Positions 49,599 to 64,000 of a DNA stretch of 64,000 bases are shown here, in pieces. The position numbers and the translations under genes were made by a program. This DNA comes from the human T2T-CHM13v2.0 reference genome, Homo sapiens, in the NCBI RefSeq assembly GCF_009914755.1, contig NC_060936.1; one strand, given 5' to 3'. The first letter of the stretch is position 1; each line of letters starts with the position of its first letter. A model generated the notes under the pieces. That model searched no databases and was not told the origin of the DNA. It saw nothing but the letters and a program-made list of their open reading frames with translations.

Positions 49599-49820
49599 CC
49601 AAATGCTAAGTCACTCCTCTCATTCAAGTCCCGGTTCACACTTGATCACTTCTCTAACCCAGTTAGCAAGGAAGCCACAATCATCATTTTTCACCTGTTT
49701 GCTTTTGTTTTTGTTTTGTTTTTGCAGACGTCACTTTAATTTTATCCCAAATCCATCTTGATCCCCCCCCATCTCCTTGCAAAGATCTAGAGGACAAATC
49801 CAGGACAGGGCAAGGAGATA

Positions 49821-49826
49821 TTTATT
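49821..49826 (-). terminator. Candidate intronic poly(A) signal AATAAA for the short kinase isoform
   Basis: tttatt on the + strand about 400 nt past the read-through stop, followed on the minus strand by U/GU-rich sequence. Confidence 0.55.
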
Positions 49827-50228
49827 CGTCTGCACTCTTAGGAGTCCCAGGCAAGCAGTGACTTATTAGTTTCCAGAGCGTTGCCTCTGGGCAGGAACAG
49901 TGAATGTTAAGAGACGTTGAGCGTAATCAACACAGTGGCCGCAGTGACATAAGCAGGAGTTTTAAAAGACTAGGAAGAGAGACTTCGCATCACTCAAAGC
50001 AGATGGGATGTATCTCAGCCACAGGTGAGGACCCAGGCCACCTGCCGGAAGAAGCAGACATCTGGCTGGGTCATGCTGAGAAACGGACTGTTTAAATCCA
50101 GGGCCTCCTCTGGTTTAGATTTAAAGGATTTACAGCAACAGCAAGGCCCGAATTCATCTCCCTCTGAGCTGCTGGAGGCGCGACTTCAGCGAAGGCAGGA
50201 GCGCCTCACTCTCTACGGATCAGGCGGC

Positions 50229-50483
<255 letters not shown>

Positions 50484-50532
50484 TTAGGAAGCTGCAACAT
50501 TTGTTTCATTTTACAAAAACATCTCATGCTCT

Positions 50533-51345
50533 TGATGTTAGGTCAAATAATGCCCCCTTCCCGTTTCCCAAAGATGCCCATGTCCTGATCTCTGCAAGCT
50601 GTGAATATATTACCACACATGGCAAAAGGGACTTTGCAGATGGGATTTAAGTTATGGATCTTGGGATGGAAAGATTCTCCTGGGATATCTGGATGGGTAC
50701 AATGAAATCACAAGGATCCTTATAAGATGGAAGCAAGGATCGGAGTCACAGAGACCTGAAGATGTTACACCAATGGCTTTGAACACGGAGGAAGGGGCCA
50801 CAAGCCAAGGAATGCAGGCAACCTCTAGAAGCTGGAAAAGACAAGGAAACAGATTCTGCCCTAGAGCCTCCAGAGAGAGGGCAGCCTTGTCTACACTGAT
50901 CTCAGCCCAGTAAAACTCATCCCGGACTTTTTTTTTTTCTTGGAAACAGGGTCGCGTTCTGTTGCCCAGGCTGGAGTGCAGTGGTGCAACCTCGGCTCAC
51001 TGCAACCTCGGCTCACTGCAACCTCCACCTCCTGGGTTCAAGCAATTCTCCTGCCTCAGCCTCCTGAGTAGTTGGGATTACAGGTGCTCGTGACCGTGCC
51101 TGACTAATTTTTGTATTTTTAGTAGAGATGGGGTTTCACCATGTTGGCTAGGCTAGTCTGGAACTCCTGACCTCAAGTGATCCTGCCACCTCAGCCTCCC
51201 AAAGTGCTGGGATTACAGGCTTGAGCCACCAAGCCTGGCATCATCTTAGACTTCTGACCTCCAGAACTGTAAAATAATAAATGTGTGTTGTTTTAAGCCA
51301 CTAAGTTTGTGGTCATTTGTTACAGTGGCCATAGGAAACTCATAC
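50533..51345 (+). mobile_element. MLT1 (MLT1D/C-like) MaLR LTR containing an AluS(-) at 50928-51240
   Basis: ACATGGCAAAAGGGACTTTGCAGATG and AATAAATGTGTGTTGTTTTAAGCCACTAAGTTTGTGG...GAAACTCATACA motifs. Confidence 0.88.
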
Positions 51346-52200
51346 ACCTATTGGGCACTGGCTGCATACCTGGTTCTGTTTGAACGCTAGATATATTTGA
51401 ACTCTTTGTTTTTGTTTTTTTTTCTTTTTTCCTTCACTGACAGATACATTTGAACTCTTTACTCCCCACAGCAACTCTATGAGCAGATACGATTTATTAT
51501 CCTCATTTTATATGAGGAAATTGAGGCCCAGAGAGGTTACATAAACTGCCAGTTGATAAATAGTTTCTGCTGGTCTCAAGAGGGAGCTGGGGTAGACAAG
51601 TTGGCTTGATGCACTTGCTTATACAACTCTTAGGAAAATATCACAAAAATAACATAGGATGCCCTCCTGAGAGTGGACCAAAAGGATGCTCCCCCCACAG
51701 AAAGGGCAAACTTACCCACACTCATCTATGTAACTCATGCACTGTGCCCAGAAGCAGTTAATTATGGGCAGAGATGAGAGACAGATTCCAGGACAGCTGC
51801 CCTCAGTGGTTGGTACACTGGATATGAACACTGGGATTGGTGAAAGACAAGGCCAGAGCAAGTGGCCAAAGGTTCTTATGCACAGAGAGATGTGGCAGAG
51901 CCCACCACTACCCCTGGGCCCATCTTTGTTGCCCTGGTAACAGGGTTGCAGAGCTGGTTGTCAGTGACCACTCAGATCTTACCAGCAGGTGCAAGTTCTG
52001 CTTTCTACTGCCCAAACTACTTCCCTGACTAAAAGAGGTCAGTTCCCTGCAGCAATGCAAAACACCTCTCTCCCCGCAGCTCCTGGCAATGACAAGGGCT
52101 GGCTTGATAGTGCTGACTTGCTGTACTCCAGTGACAGCTTTCCACACTCACAGCCAAATGAGTCAACGCCCAGCATCATGCTCCTCTGTTCAAAATCTCA

Positions 52201-53140
<940 letters not shown>

Positions 53141-54409
53141 AATCTGACCCCACCACTGACTAGTTATTTGACATCTCCGAACCTCAGTTTCCTCAATTGT
53201 AAAATGGCCATAATTACCAACCTACTTCAAAGAGTTCTTGGAAGGATTAAATGAAATAATGCATGTAATGCTCTCAGCACAGTGCCTGGCACACTGCAAG
53301 TGTTCGACAAATGTCACCTGTTACTACTGTCATTGTTGTGTTTTCCATTACTACCCATGCAACTTCATAAATAGTACATGCCTCACGGGCCTAAAGCAAT
53401 TGCTTAAAATGGTAAAACTCAGGGGGCTGAATTTGCTGTGTGCTATTATTCACATTAAAACAAATGGTGATTATTCATAGAAATGGGCAACAGGGATTGG
53501 ATCCAGAAATAAATCTTTTTAAAAATCTTACTTTTGGCTAGAAATTTTAACCAAGTTCTACGCTTCTCACCAGCCTGTTTTCTACCTAAATCTAGCCAAC
53601 ACACACACACTCTCTCTCTTTTCCTTTTCATATGAGATGAAATGCTTGGCATGGCCTTGAGCAAAATTCCTTTGCTATTTCCTTTATTCCTAATTGCACC
53701 TGGCTGGGTGGGCTAGAGAACAAGACCCAAACCACCCACGGAGAGAGTGGTGATCCACAGACTGGGTCCCTGGTCCTTCAGAGATCAAAAGTCACCCACA
53801 TGTCATGAAGTCACATGCATGACATGCATCAGGGATGACAACACAGGTCACAGCTCCTTGTGCTTAAGCAAAAAACTGGCACCCTTTAAAAGAACGATGA
53901 CATGGGTGCATGATGATAGGTAGGATGTGGCGTGAAAAACTTAATGACACATAGAAGGCTGGCCCCAGTAGGGCTTCCTGTTTAAAGTGCACTGCTGTGG
54001 GTACAAAACAGATTGCTTTTTCACCCCCCACCAAAAAAAACGAAAGGCACTTTTAGGTCACTTATCAATGGGCCCAGAAGCGAGGAGATGTGCAGCCCCC
54101 ACCCGCCGGCACTCGAAAGAGACCATGCGACAGCCCTCCTCACCCGAGGTCCAACCCCTTCATTCTGCTATTCTATGTTTGACAAATGCTCACTGTTTAG
54201 AAGTTCTAAGCACAGCAATTAAGAGCTCTTTAGAATAAAGGTGCTAAAGAAATCTTTTTCTTTAAGAATAAATAAAAATTGCATCTAAAAAAAAGCTAGA
54301 GTAAGAATGCTATGACTAAGCTGGGTGTGTAGCAACAATCCCATAAACAATCATGGGATTGGAGGATGAGGCTGGAGAGTAAAGGTTATCAGGCTTCCTA
54401 CACCTTCCC

Positions 54410-54596
54410 TGGTCCTCAATGCAGGTACACATTAGAATCACTTGGAGACCTTTTAAAAAACACCTGATGTATAGGCCCCATTCGGACCAATTAAATCAGA
54501 GAGTCAGAAAGATGTGGAGTGTGGCCCCGGGAAGCAACATTTGTATTAAGCTGCTGAGCGATTGTAATGTACAGAAAGGATTAAGAACCATGGTGC
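54410..54596. mobile_element. MER5A-like element
   Basis: CATTAGAATCACTTGGAG...TTAAGAACCATG. Confidence 0.7.
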
Positions 54597-54991
54597 TAAT
54601 TAGAAGAAAGTGCTTCTGATTTAGGGTCTAGCCACTTAAAACTCATTGTATGACCATCCCCAGCATTTAGTTCCATGTAGCATTTTGGCCAGACCATTTG
54701 GTACTGGTGCCTTTTCATCACTCTTTGAGTAAGAACCCAATTTTGAAATTAATGGTGGTGGGCTATGAATTTCAAAACAACGTACAGGTATTAGATAATG
54801 ATTAAAGCCTATTGTCCCCAGTGTTAATAATTCAGTTAAAATATACCATTTCCATGAATTTCTATAAAAGAAATATAATACAGATAGACATGGCTCAATT
54901 TAAAATGTTTATATTCTATTCATTTTTCATGTAGACATGGGGCAATTCAATCTCTAGCATCAATGGTAAGTTCTCAGTATATATTTCTTGA

Positions 54992-55378
<387 letters not shown>

Positions 55379-56027
55379 TGTTTTCTTTTTCTAAGATTTT
55401 TATTAGCCATCCTTCTGACTTTCAAAGCAACAGCAAGTGATTGCTGATAATTGCATTATGCTAACATTGACCATAATGTAAATCATAGCTTGAGAGGTTC
55501 GATCAAAGACTGGCCTCAGAGTCACCAGTTACACCAAATATTATTGTATATTACATTATAATAATATTACATACATATTATCACATATATATTATTACCA
55601 AATATAGCCCTGTCCTCTTCAAGCAGCAAGTCTGCTGGTCTCAAATTATCCCGAAAAGTACCACTTCATCAAGCATAGTATTATTTAAAGAGCTGATACT
55701 ATCACTGCTTTAAGGAAAGTTTGCAAGAAAAATCCTCTAACTGGTTGGAACTCTAAAATGATGGGCAATGGGGTGCAGAGTTGCAGTAAACAAACTATCT
55801 AATTATGAAATTCTGTTGACCATGGAATGGGACAGAGTCTATCTGTTCATTAAAATGCCTTCCAAAATTTTTCCTTTGTTCTCAAAATTCTCAAACTTCA
55901 ACAAAATTTTTTTTAACCACCTTCTCTAAGCGTGTGTGTGAGAGAGAGAGACACCCAGAGAGGGAGAGAGAGAGACAGAGAAGAGAATATAAAAGCCCTG
56001 TGATCCCCATGAGAGATACCTGCAGAC

Positions 56028-56213
56028 CAGTGGTTCTCAACAGGGGCAGTTTGGCAATGTCTAGACATTTTATTTTCATGACTAGGGGTGCTATTAATAT
56101 GTAGCGGGTAGAGGCCAAAGATGCTGCTCAACATCCTACAATCCACAGGACAGCTCCCACAACAAGAATTATCCAGCCCAAAATGTCAATAGTGCCAACT
56201 TGAGAAACTCTGC
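56028..56213. mobile_element. MER20
   Basis: CAGTGGTTCTCAAC...GCCCAAAATGTCAATAGTGCC...TGAGAAACTCTG. Confidence 0.85.
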
Positions 56214-57765
56214 TGCAGTGGCCATTAAGGAAGCCACAATTCCTGTCCTCAAGGAAGTAACAACCTAGGAGAGAGAATTAATGCCACGACCTTTGTCATC
56301 AGGACAAGTGCTCATTTATTGAGCACGTGTCAGGCACGTGTTTAGTGCTTCACGGGTTACTTCACTGAGTCCTCCCCACAATCCTATAAGATGGGTATTA
56401 TTCATGGCATTAAGGAGGGGCTTGCCCTATACCTCTATGTTCTCCTACCACGTTACCATGATTTGTGCAGGGGTGCCAGGCAGTAGAACCCCAGTTCAAA
56501 GCTGAGGCTCTATCACCAAACAGTCATGGCTTCAAATCCCATTTCTGCTACTTCTTAGCTAGATGGCCTTGGACACACTCAAGAAAAGTGCTACAGAGGC
56601 TCAGAGGGGCAAGGTCATGGAGGAAAGGGAGAGCGGAACATGTGAGATACAGTGACCTCCATCCATGACTGGCTGCATTCAGTGCTAAGAAGCTGACTCC
56701 AAGCCTGAGTCCAGGACAGCTCTGGATACCCAAGAACATCCACATGCCAGGTTGGTTCACAGCCACCCCAGGGAAAGCTCACCCCACAAGAGCAACTCTC
56801 CCTCCCTCACTTTAGGGTTCAGGGGAGTAATTAGGTGGGAAGCAGGGTAGATATTAGAAACCCAGGCCAGTTCATGCTCTGGGCTCGACGAGATGCAGTA
56901 CAATGAAGATGCTAATAAAAGAACATGCAGCCTGCCCACACGTTGCTTGCCTACTCCTGGCCACATCTCGGATACACAGCCAGTTATCCCCATGGAGAGA
57001 AAAGGCACTTCTGAGCAGCGGGTGCACGCAGCCACCCGCCCACACACAGCAGTGCTGTCTCTTCGAGCACGAAGCCAAGTTTGGGTTTTCCTTTTTTTTC
57101 CAGCTTCTATTTTCTAGAAAAACTTACTCTGAAATCAACATCTCTCCCTGATATACACATCTGCTTTATAATTATAGAAGCCCAAAGAGTATTAATAGGG
57201 ATAATGGCATATGACACAGAAGAAAGAGCAGGCATGGTCATTACCGCTGTAACAGGAAGACATGTTTTCTTAAAATGTATCAGATATGACATAAAAATTG
57301 CTTTACATGTAACCTCAACATTTCAGTGAAAATTATAAAATGCAGTTTTCCCGTGATGTACCTGTAAATAATCCATATAACTTTGTTAAAAAAAATTACT
57401 TAATAGGGCTATGAATAAAATATTGCATATCAAAAGAGAATACAATGTGTACTCCTTCCTACAAGCAAGTGTACATGTTGAATACTCTTTAATCACTACT
57501 GCGATGATTAAGTTCGTGCTTAAGCATCAAGCCATCCATTTATTCCCTTAGGAATAGGACCCTATGCCTGCAAAATACGACACCAAACCACAGATAACAC
57601 AGATCACAAATCCCAGATATTCTTGGGAAAACCAAGAATGAGTATACTTGAAGCCAAAATGAGGGGACTCAAAATTAGCTCAGCTGAGGGCCCCCCACCT
57701 TTAGTGCTGGCCAACAGCACTAAAAATACATGCAACTGCAAGATGTAATATGCTGCAAAAAATAA

Positions 57766-58387
<622 letters not shown>

Positions 58388-58699
58388 TCAAAAACACTAT
58401 TCCCCTAAAGACAGTCAGAGTCTGTCTAGCTTTGGGGCACCCCCCCTCCCCCACCACACACAATATATATATTTATATATATACCATACACACATATACA
58501 TACTGACACACACCACACATACTCATATACATACACACATATGCACTCACACACACAACCAGCAGTGGTCTCTAGTTAAATTAGAGCACTTGCTTTGAAA
58601 TGATTAATATGTAGCTCCAGAATCATTTATCAAAAATCATGTTATTAATAAAAGAATAGCTAGTCCCATGATTTTTAATTCAGTTCCCACCTCTAAGCC

Positions 58700-59675
58700 A
58701 GTGCCTCACTTTGCAGGTTAATTTCATTGCCTCTCACCTGGATGACTGCAATAACCACACTTACCTCCCTGGATCCAACTCTTGTCCCTCACTATCCACC
58801 CTCCACACAATGGTCAGAGGCACACTTTGTGAAATAAGACCCAGATATTCCATGACCCTATTCAAAATCCTGCAAAAGCTTCCTACTCAGTGCAATTTAG
58901 AGCAAAGTCCATACCTAAAGGCCCTGATGACCTCAGCTCAGACCATGTTCCTTGTGTATCCTTAAGTACCCCCTACCCAAACATGCCTTCTGTTCATTGA
59001 GCACCCATAGGTTAGTGGCAGCCTCAGGGCCTTTGCCCTTTTTTCCTCTCTCTGGAATACTCTTCCCACTTATTTTTGCTAACCGACTCCTTATTGATAT
59101 TCTGGAAGAATGCACTCTGTGTGGGCAGGGATGCTTGCTCCTTTGCATTCACTGTTACTTCTCCAGTGCCTAGAAAGTGCTTGGCACATAGTAGGCTCTC
59201 AAATAGCTGAATGAATTAATGAATTAATGAACAAATGAATGAATGTGAATCTGCCCCCATCATGTAAGCTCCATGAAGACAGGGATTTTTGTCTCATAGT
59301 CAGTGCTATATCCCAGGTTCTCGAACAGCCCCTAGGACCTCAGAGCTGCTCAGTGTGGGCTTAAAAGCTGTGTCACCTTGGGATGCAACTCAGCCTTCTT
59401 GAACAAATACTCATGCTCAGCTCAGAGAACCTTTCCTTGCGGACCCAGTCTAAAGTGGCCACCCCCAGGCAGTCTCAATCCCAATTCTGCAGACCACCAT
59501 CTGCAATTGCCTCACATGTGCACAGTAGTTATTTCTCCTTTGTTTCTCCCCACCAAATGCTAGCTTCTTGAGAGTAAAGACCTTACCTGTCTTGCTCAGA
59601 GTTGTGCCTTAAGGACTAGAACAATATATTTGTTGAGTGAATGAATGAATGAATGAATGAATGAATAAATAAGTG
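58700..59675 (+). mobile_element. L2 3' fragments with (TGAA)n tails
   Basis: GCTTGGCACATAGTAGGCTCTCAAAT and GAATGAATG tails. Confidence 0.75.
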
Positions 59676-60466
59676 AATGGTGTGCTAGTACTTCTGTGCC
59701 CCCAGGCAGCCAGTTTAAAGGTCACCGTGGGATAAAGGAATCCAAAATGAGAAGTGTGCTGCATGTATGCTGGCATGAAAAAGCTTTCCAGCACCTGCAA
59801 GTAGAGATGCCCAGCATTGGTTCTGAGACAGGAATGGCACAATGACACACAGACTTACCCATCCAGGGGATACCCAAGTGCTTCCAGGGTGGGTGGGAGC
59901 ATGTGACATCTAGGCTGGGAACATGCACACTTCCCACTGGCACTGGATCCTACCAGAAGCCTGGAGAGCATTTTATAGAAAGTGCAGGTTGAAGTGATAC
60001 ATCACAGACTCCATTCAGAGTAAAAAATTGGATGGAGATATTAGGACATCTGTCAGGCCCCCCACGTGGAGCTGGATTCTCTCAATGGGCAGAAACCAGC
60101 AAGATGTCTTTATAAGGCGGAAGCAGGGAGAAAAAGAGAGTCCAAAGCACCCCATACCCATCCTCGGACCTAAATAACATTAACAAATATGAAATGAACA
60201 CTCATTCTACTCATGGCACCAACACTAAGTGTGCTTCATATCCCCATGGCAAACCTATCAGATAGGCGACCTTACACCTTCCACTTTACAGATGAGGGAA
60301 TTGAGGCTGAAAGCAGTGAAATGTCTCATTCACACAACAAGCAAGGGGTGAAACCCTGAGTTCAGCCCACGTCTGTCTGATTCCAAAGCCTGGACTTTGA
60401 ATGGGTATGCTACAGTCAGTCCCAAAAAAATAGGCATGTTTATATCAGTTCTAAAGTTAAAAGTTG

Positions 60467-60773
<307 letters not shown>

Positions 60774-61024
60774 TTAAAACTTGGAAAAGTTGACCACCCT
60801 CTGCCAGATGTGAGCTGAGTGAACCTAAGAAGTAACCCAAGCATCATGATCATCATTTTCTCTATCTGTAAAATAATGAGTTATTGCTGGGTCTACATGA
60901 GAATGCTTGTCAGGCACTCAGAATAGTACCTAGAAGAGTAGATTCTCATTAAAACCAATTCTTTTACCTTTACTATTAGACAAGTCCATAACTCCTGCAT
61001 AATCTAGCAAAGTCATGGCTCTTA

Positions 61025-62400
61025 GAGGCAGGGTAGATAGTACAGTGGTCTAGAGGCAACCAGATATTGCTCCAAGTCTTAGATGTGTTTCTACCTTCAG
61101 AACCTCAGGAAAATAATCTAATCTTCCTGAATCAGTGTCTTCATTTGTAAAATGGGGATAATATCAGCTACCTCATAGAGTTACAGTGAGATTGTGATGA
61201 TTTAATGAGATAATGCACATAAAGTACTCGCATAGTTCTGGGAACACAAGAAGTGCTCTACAGAAAACAGGTTCCATTAGCAGTTGTCTACACTGTGCAG
61301 AAGGAATTGGTATAATCCCTGGCCATTTTAGTCTAATTCAATTCAACAAATGTTCATTGAAGACCTGCCAGGGGCAAGGCACTGTTTCAGGCAAAAGAAG
61401 GAAGACCTGGTCCTGTCCTTAATGAGCCTTGAACAGCTTGGCCAGACAACACTATTGAAGTGATTCAGTAGGGGATGAGGAGACACAAATGAGCCGGCAG
61501 GCTGGGGTCTTGGCATACCAAGACTGAATACCAAGTTCAGGAGCAGCCATTAATTATGAGCACACTGGGATGCTGTTGAAGGTGTAAGCCGGTGAATGAC
61601 ATCATCCAACCTATGCTTTGGAAGAATTCCACCCTTTGTGGAGAATGGATTACAGCCAGGAAAACCAGAGGCAAGGGAATCACTGAGGAGGCTACTGCAC
61701 CAGACCAAGCAAGAGTCCATGATGGGTGCCAATGAGGAAGAAAGATGGGTATGGATGCAAGTGGCATCCTAGAGGCACCACTTGGAGAAATTGGCAACTG
61801 ATGGGATGGCGGGGGAGGCAGAAAAGAATTTACGATGACTCAGCTTTCTTGCCTAGAAGGGTAGGGAAGGTGGTAGTTTCTTACATAAAATGAAGAAGCC
61901 AAAACTAGCACCTAGTGGCTTACTGAGTGAGCGAGTGGCTCTGTCTATGTAGGAAGGGAACAGAGGATGGGATGGTGAGAAACTGGTAAAACATCCTGGT
62001 GATGAGGAACACAGTGTACGATGGGAGGAGGCCATGGGGAGGTAAGAACTAAAGTCAAGGAACTGAATGAGATCACCAAGAACCAACTAGAAAGATAACT
62101 GAGGATGGAACTTGAGGAGATGGTACGTACATTGCAAGAGCCTGATGGCAGCCACAAAAGAGTGAGAATGACAGTCAGAGAGGTAGGAGGGAAACCAAGT
62201 GTCCATAATACAGAAGAGAAGAAAGTAGAACGTTGTCTCGAAGAAAGGTAGTATTAATGGTATCACGTGGTGAGATGGAAATCACCAGATTTGGTGGTTA
62301 GGTACAATCAACGGCTTCTGAGACAGTCATTTCAGTATTGTTGAAGAGGTGGAAAAAAGAGGTGTTGAGTGCAGGCTCTTCTTTCAGGAAGTTTGTCGGA
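61025..62400. mobile_element. MIR (about 61025-61270) and L2(-) fragments
   Basis: TCATTTGTAAAATGGGGATAAT and CATTCAACAAATGTTCATTGA motifs; boundaries approximate. Confidence 0.65.
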
Positions 62401-63714
62401 GAGAGGTCAGGAGATGAACAGCAAGCAAAGCAGAAAGAACTAGGAGAAATTCACGTAGACAAAGGAAGAGTTGCCAGACTGGCGCAGAGCTTGGGAACAT
62501 GTAGCGCCATTTAGTCAATGACTGTCTTCTTAAGGGATCCCAGGCAACCATGCAAATTAGCATGTGTAGGCCAGCAAAAAACACACTTGACAGATCTTCT
62601 GGAGCCTAATCTTCAGGACTGGGCTAGGATTGTCTGGATTAGATTTCCTAAAGGTATCTTTAAGACAAATGAGAAGGCGGTGGAATGGTCCTGCCAGGGC
62701 TGCAAGGCAGGCACGCACAGTCTAAATAGAGAACAGAATAAGGCAAGTAGGAGAACAAGCTGTGCTTGGCTAAGAGAAGGAAGAAATTGAATGAGCAAGA
62801 GGAGAGGAGAAAATCCAACACAACACACACAGGCAAATGTTAAACATCTAATCCAGATAATGAGGGGATGGGAACAACACAAGGCACTTGAGAGCAATAA
62901 CCATGGGCAGAAGCTAGTTAAGGTTTTTGAACTTGTCTGGGAAATACAGCAGATGCATGTCTTCGTGTAGCAGAGACGACTCTGTTATTGCTGCTATTTA
63001 AAAAATCAAATTGCAGGCAAGACTCTTTCCAATAGGGATCTAGGTAGCAAGCACAAGGACCAAGAGCCTTTGGCTGGATGTAGAAAGGAAAACACTTTTT
63101 AAGGGAAGATCCTCCAACCTCCAAGTATTTCATAAAAAGGAAACAGGACTGATTGGAGAGTTCAGGCTGTCTTCCACTGGTATCAGCCATCCCAGGACAG
63201 ATGGGAGGCAAACAAAAGTACAAAATGTAGATGTGAATAGACATAGATAGTAGAGTCATCAACAAAATGAGAGTTGCAGCCATAAGAATGATTTAGATGG
63301 ATTAACCAAATGCTTATTAAGCAACTTGTGTATGATCAGCCTGAAGATATGGTGGAGAGTAAGGTCAGTGCAGTTTCCTCTCTTTGCCAAGCTTAAGCTT
63401 TAGCAAATAAGAACATTCAGGGAAAGAGTATATACGCGTGGGTTTATGTATGTGTGCGGGCACACACACACCAGATAAGAGTCTCTAAATGAAAAGAGGA
63501 AAAAATCTGAGAAATCCAAGAGCTATACCGTCTACCTACTCAATAAACACAGAGACTGAAAATGAATCCCAGCATTTAGACCTGCCTGTCAGCTCCCATC
63601 ACACCCTGCCCCAACCTCATCATTCGTGATTCTCTACAAATAGCTTCCACTTCTAACAAGCACATGAACCTGGGTACCCCACACAAATTTCCCATCTGTG
63701 GCGTTTATACCCAC

Positions 63715-63920
63715 AGGGTTCAAATCTCAGCTAAGCCACTCAAAGCTACATAACTTTAGGCAAGTTGTTTGATCTCCCCACGCCTCAGTTTCCTCACATC
63801 CAAAATGAGAATAATAATGGTACCTTCCTCTTGGGCTGGTTGTGCAATTTAAATGAATTCATCTGTGTAAAGTGGTTGGAACACAGCCTAGAACACAGTT
63901 GGTGCCCTGTAAGGATGGGC
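63715..63920. mobile_element. MIR
   Basis: GGGTTCAAATCTCAGCT...CCTCAGTTTCCTCACATC...AAAATGAGAATAATAAT. Confidence 0.8.
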
Positions 63921-64000
63921 TGTTGTTAGCACCCTGCCCACCTGAAATTCCCTCTACCTTCCTCTCCACTGATCCAAATCCACTGTCTTTTTAAAAAACC

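Noticed and set aside
50185-50206. TTCAGC-N9-AGCGCC with REST/RE1-like spacing near the candidate neuronal promoter
   Set aside because: The central ACC..GGAC core is absent

Overview
Primate (human-like, Alu-dense) genomic DNA lying inside the CIT gene (citron Rho-interacting serine/threonine kinase), transcribed on the minus strand. I traced 15 consecutive coding exons (50427 down to 424; probably exons 11-25, numbering from memory). All have GT-AG junctions and splice into one open frame covering the end of the kinase C-terminal extension and the long coiled-coil. One is the 126-nt cassette exon ERRHSLENK... The ~0.9-kb intron at 49414-50321 carries both a read-through tail and poly(A) signal for a kinase-only (CRIK-SK-type) isoform and a candidate first exon for the kinase-less Citron-N isoform, which appears to lack the first Met of the rodent protein. 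The rest is intronic: about 35 Alu copies, L1/L2/MIR relics, MER51-like and MLT1 LTRs, hAT MERs and microsatellites. Structure the annotation does not explain includes two perfect hairpins (18 and 13 bp), a 52-bp inverted duplication across 1.35 kb, a 60-bp poly(A)/TSD micro-retrocopy, a sense LTR with an apparently mutated poly(A) signal, and two tandem small exons with shared ends. I found no prokaryotic-type or clearly new multi-gene system; most ORF-track entries are repeat-derived noise.
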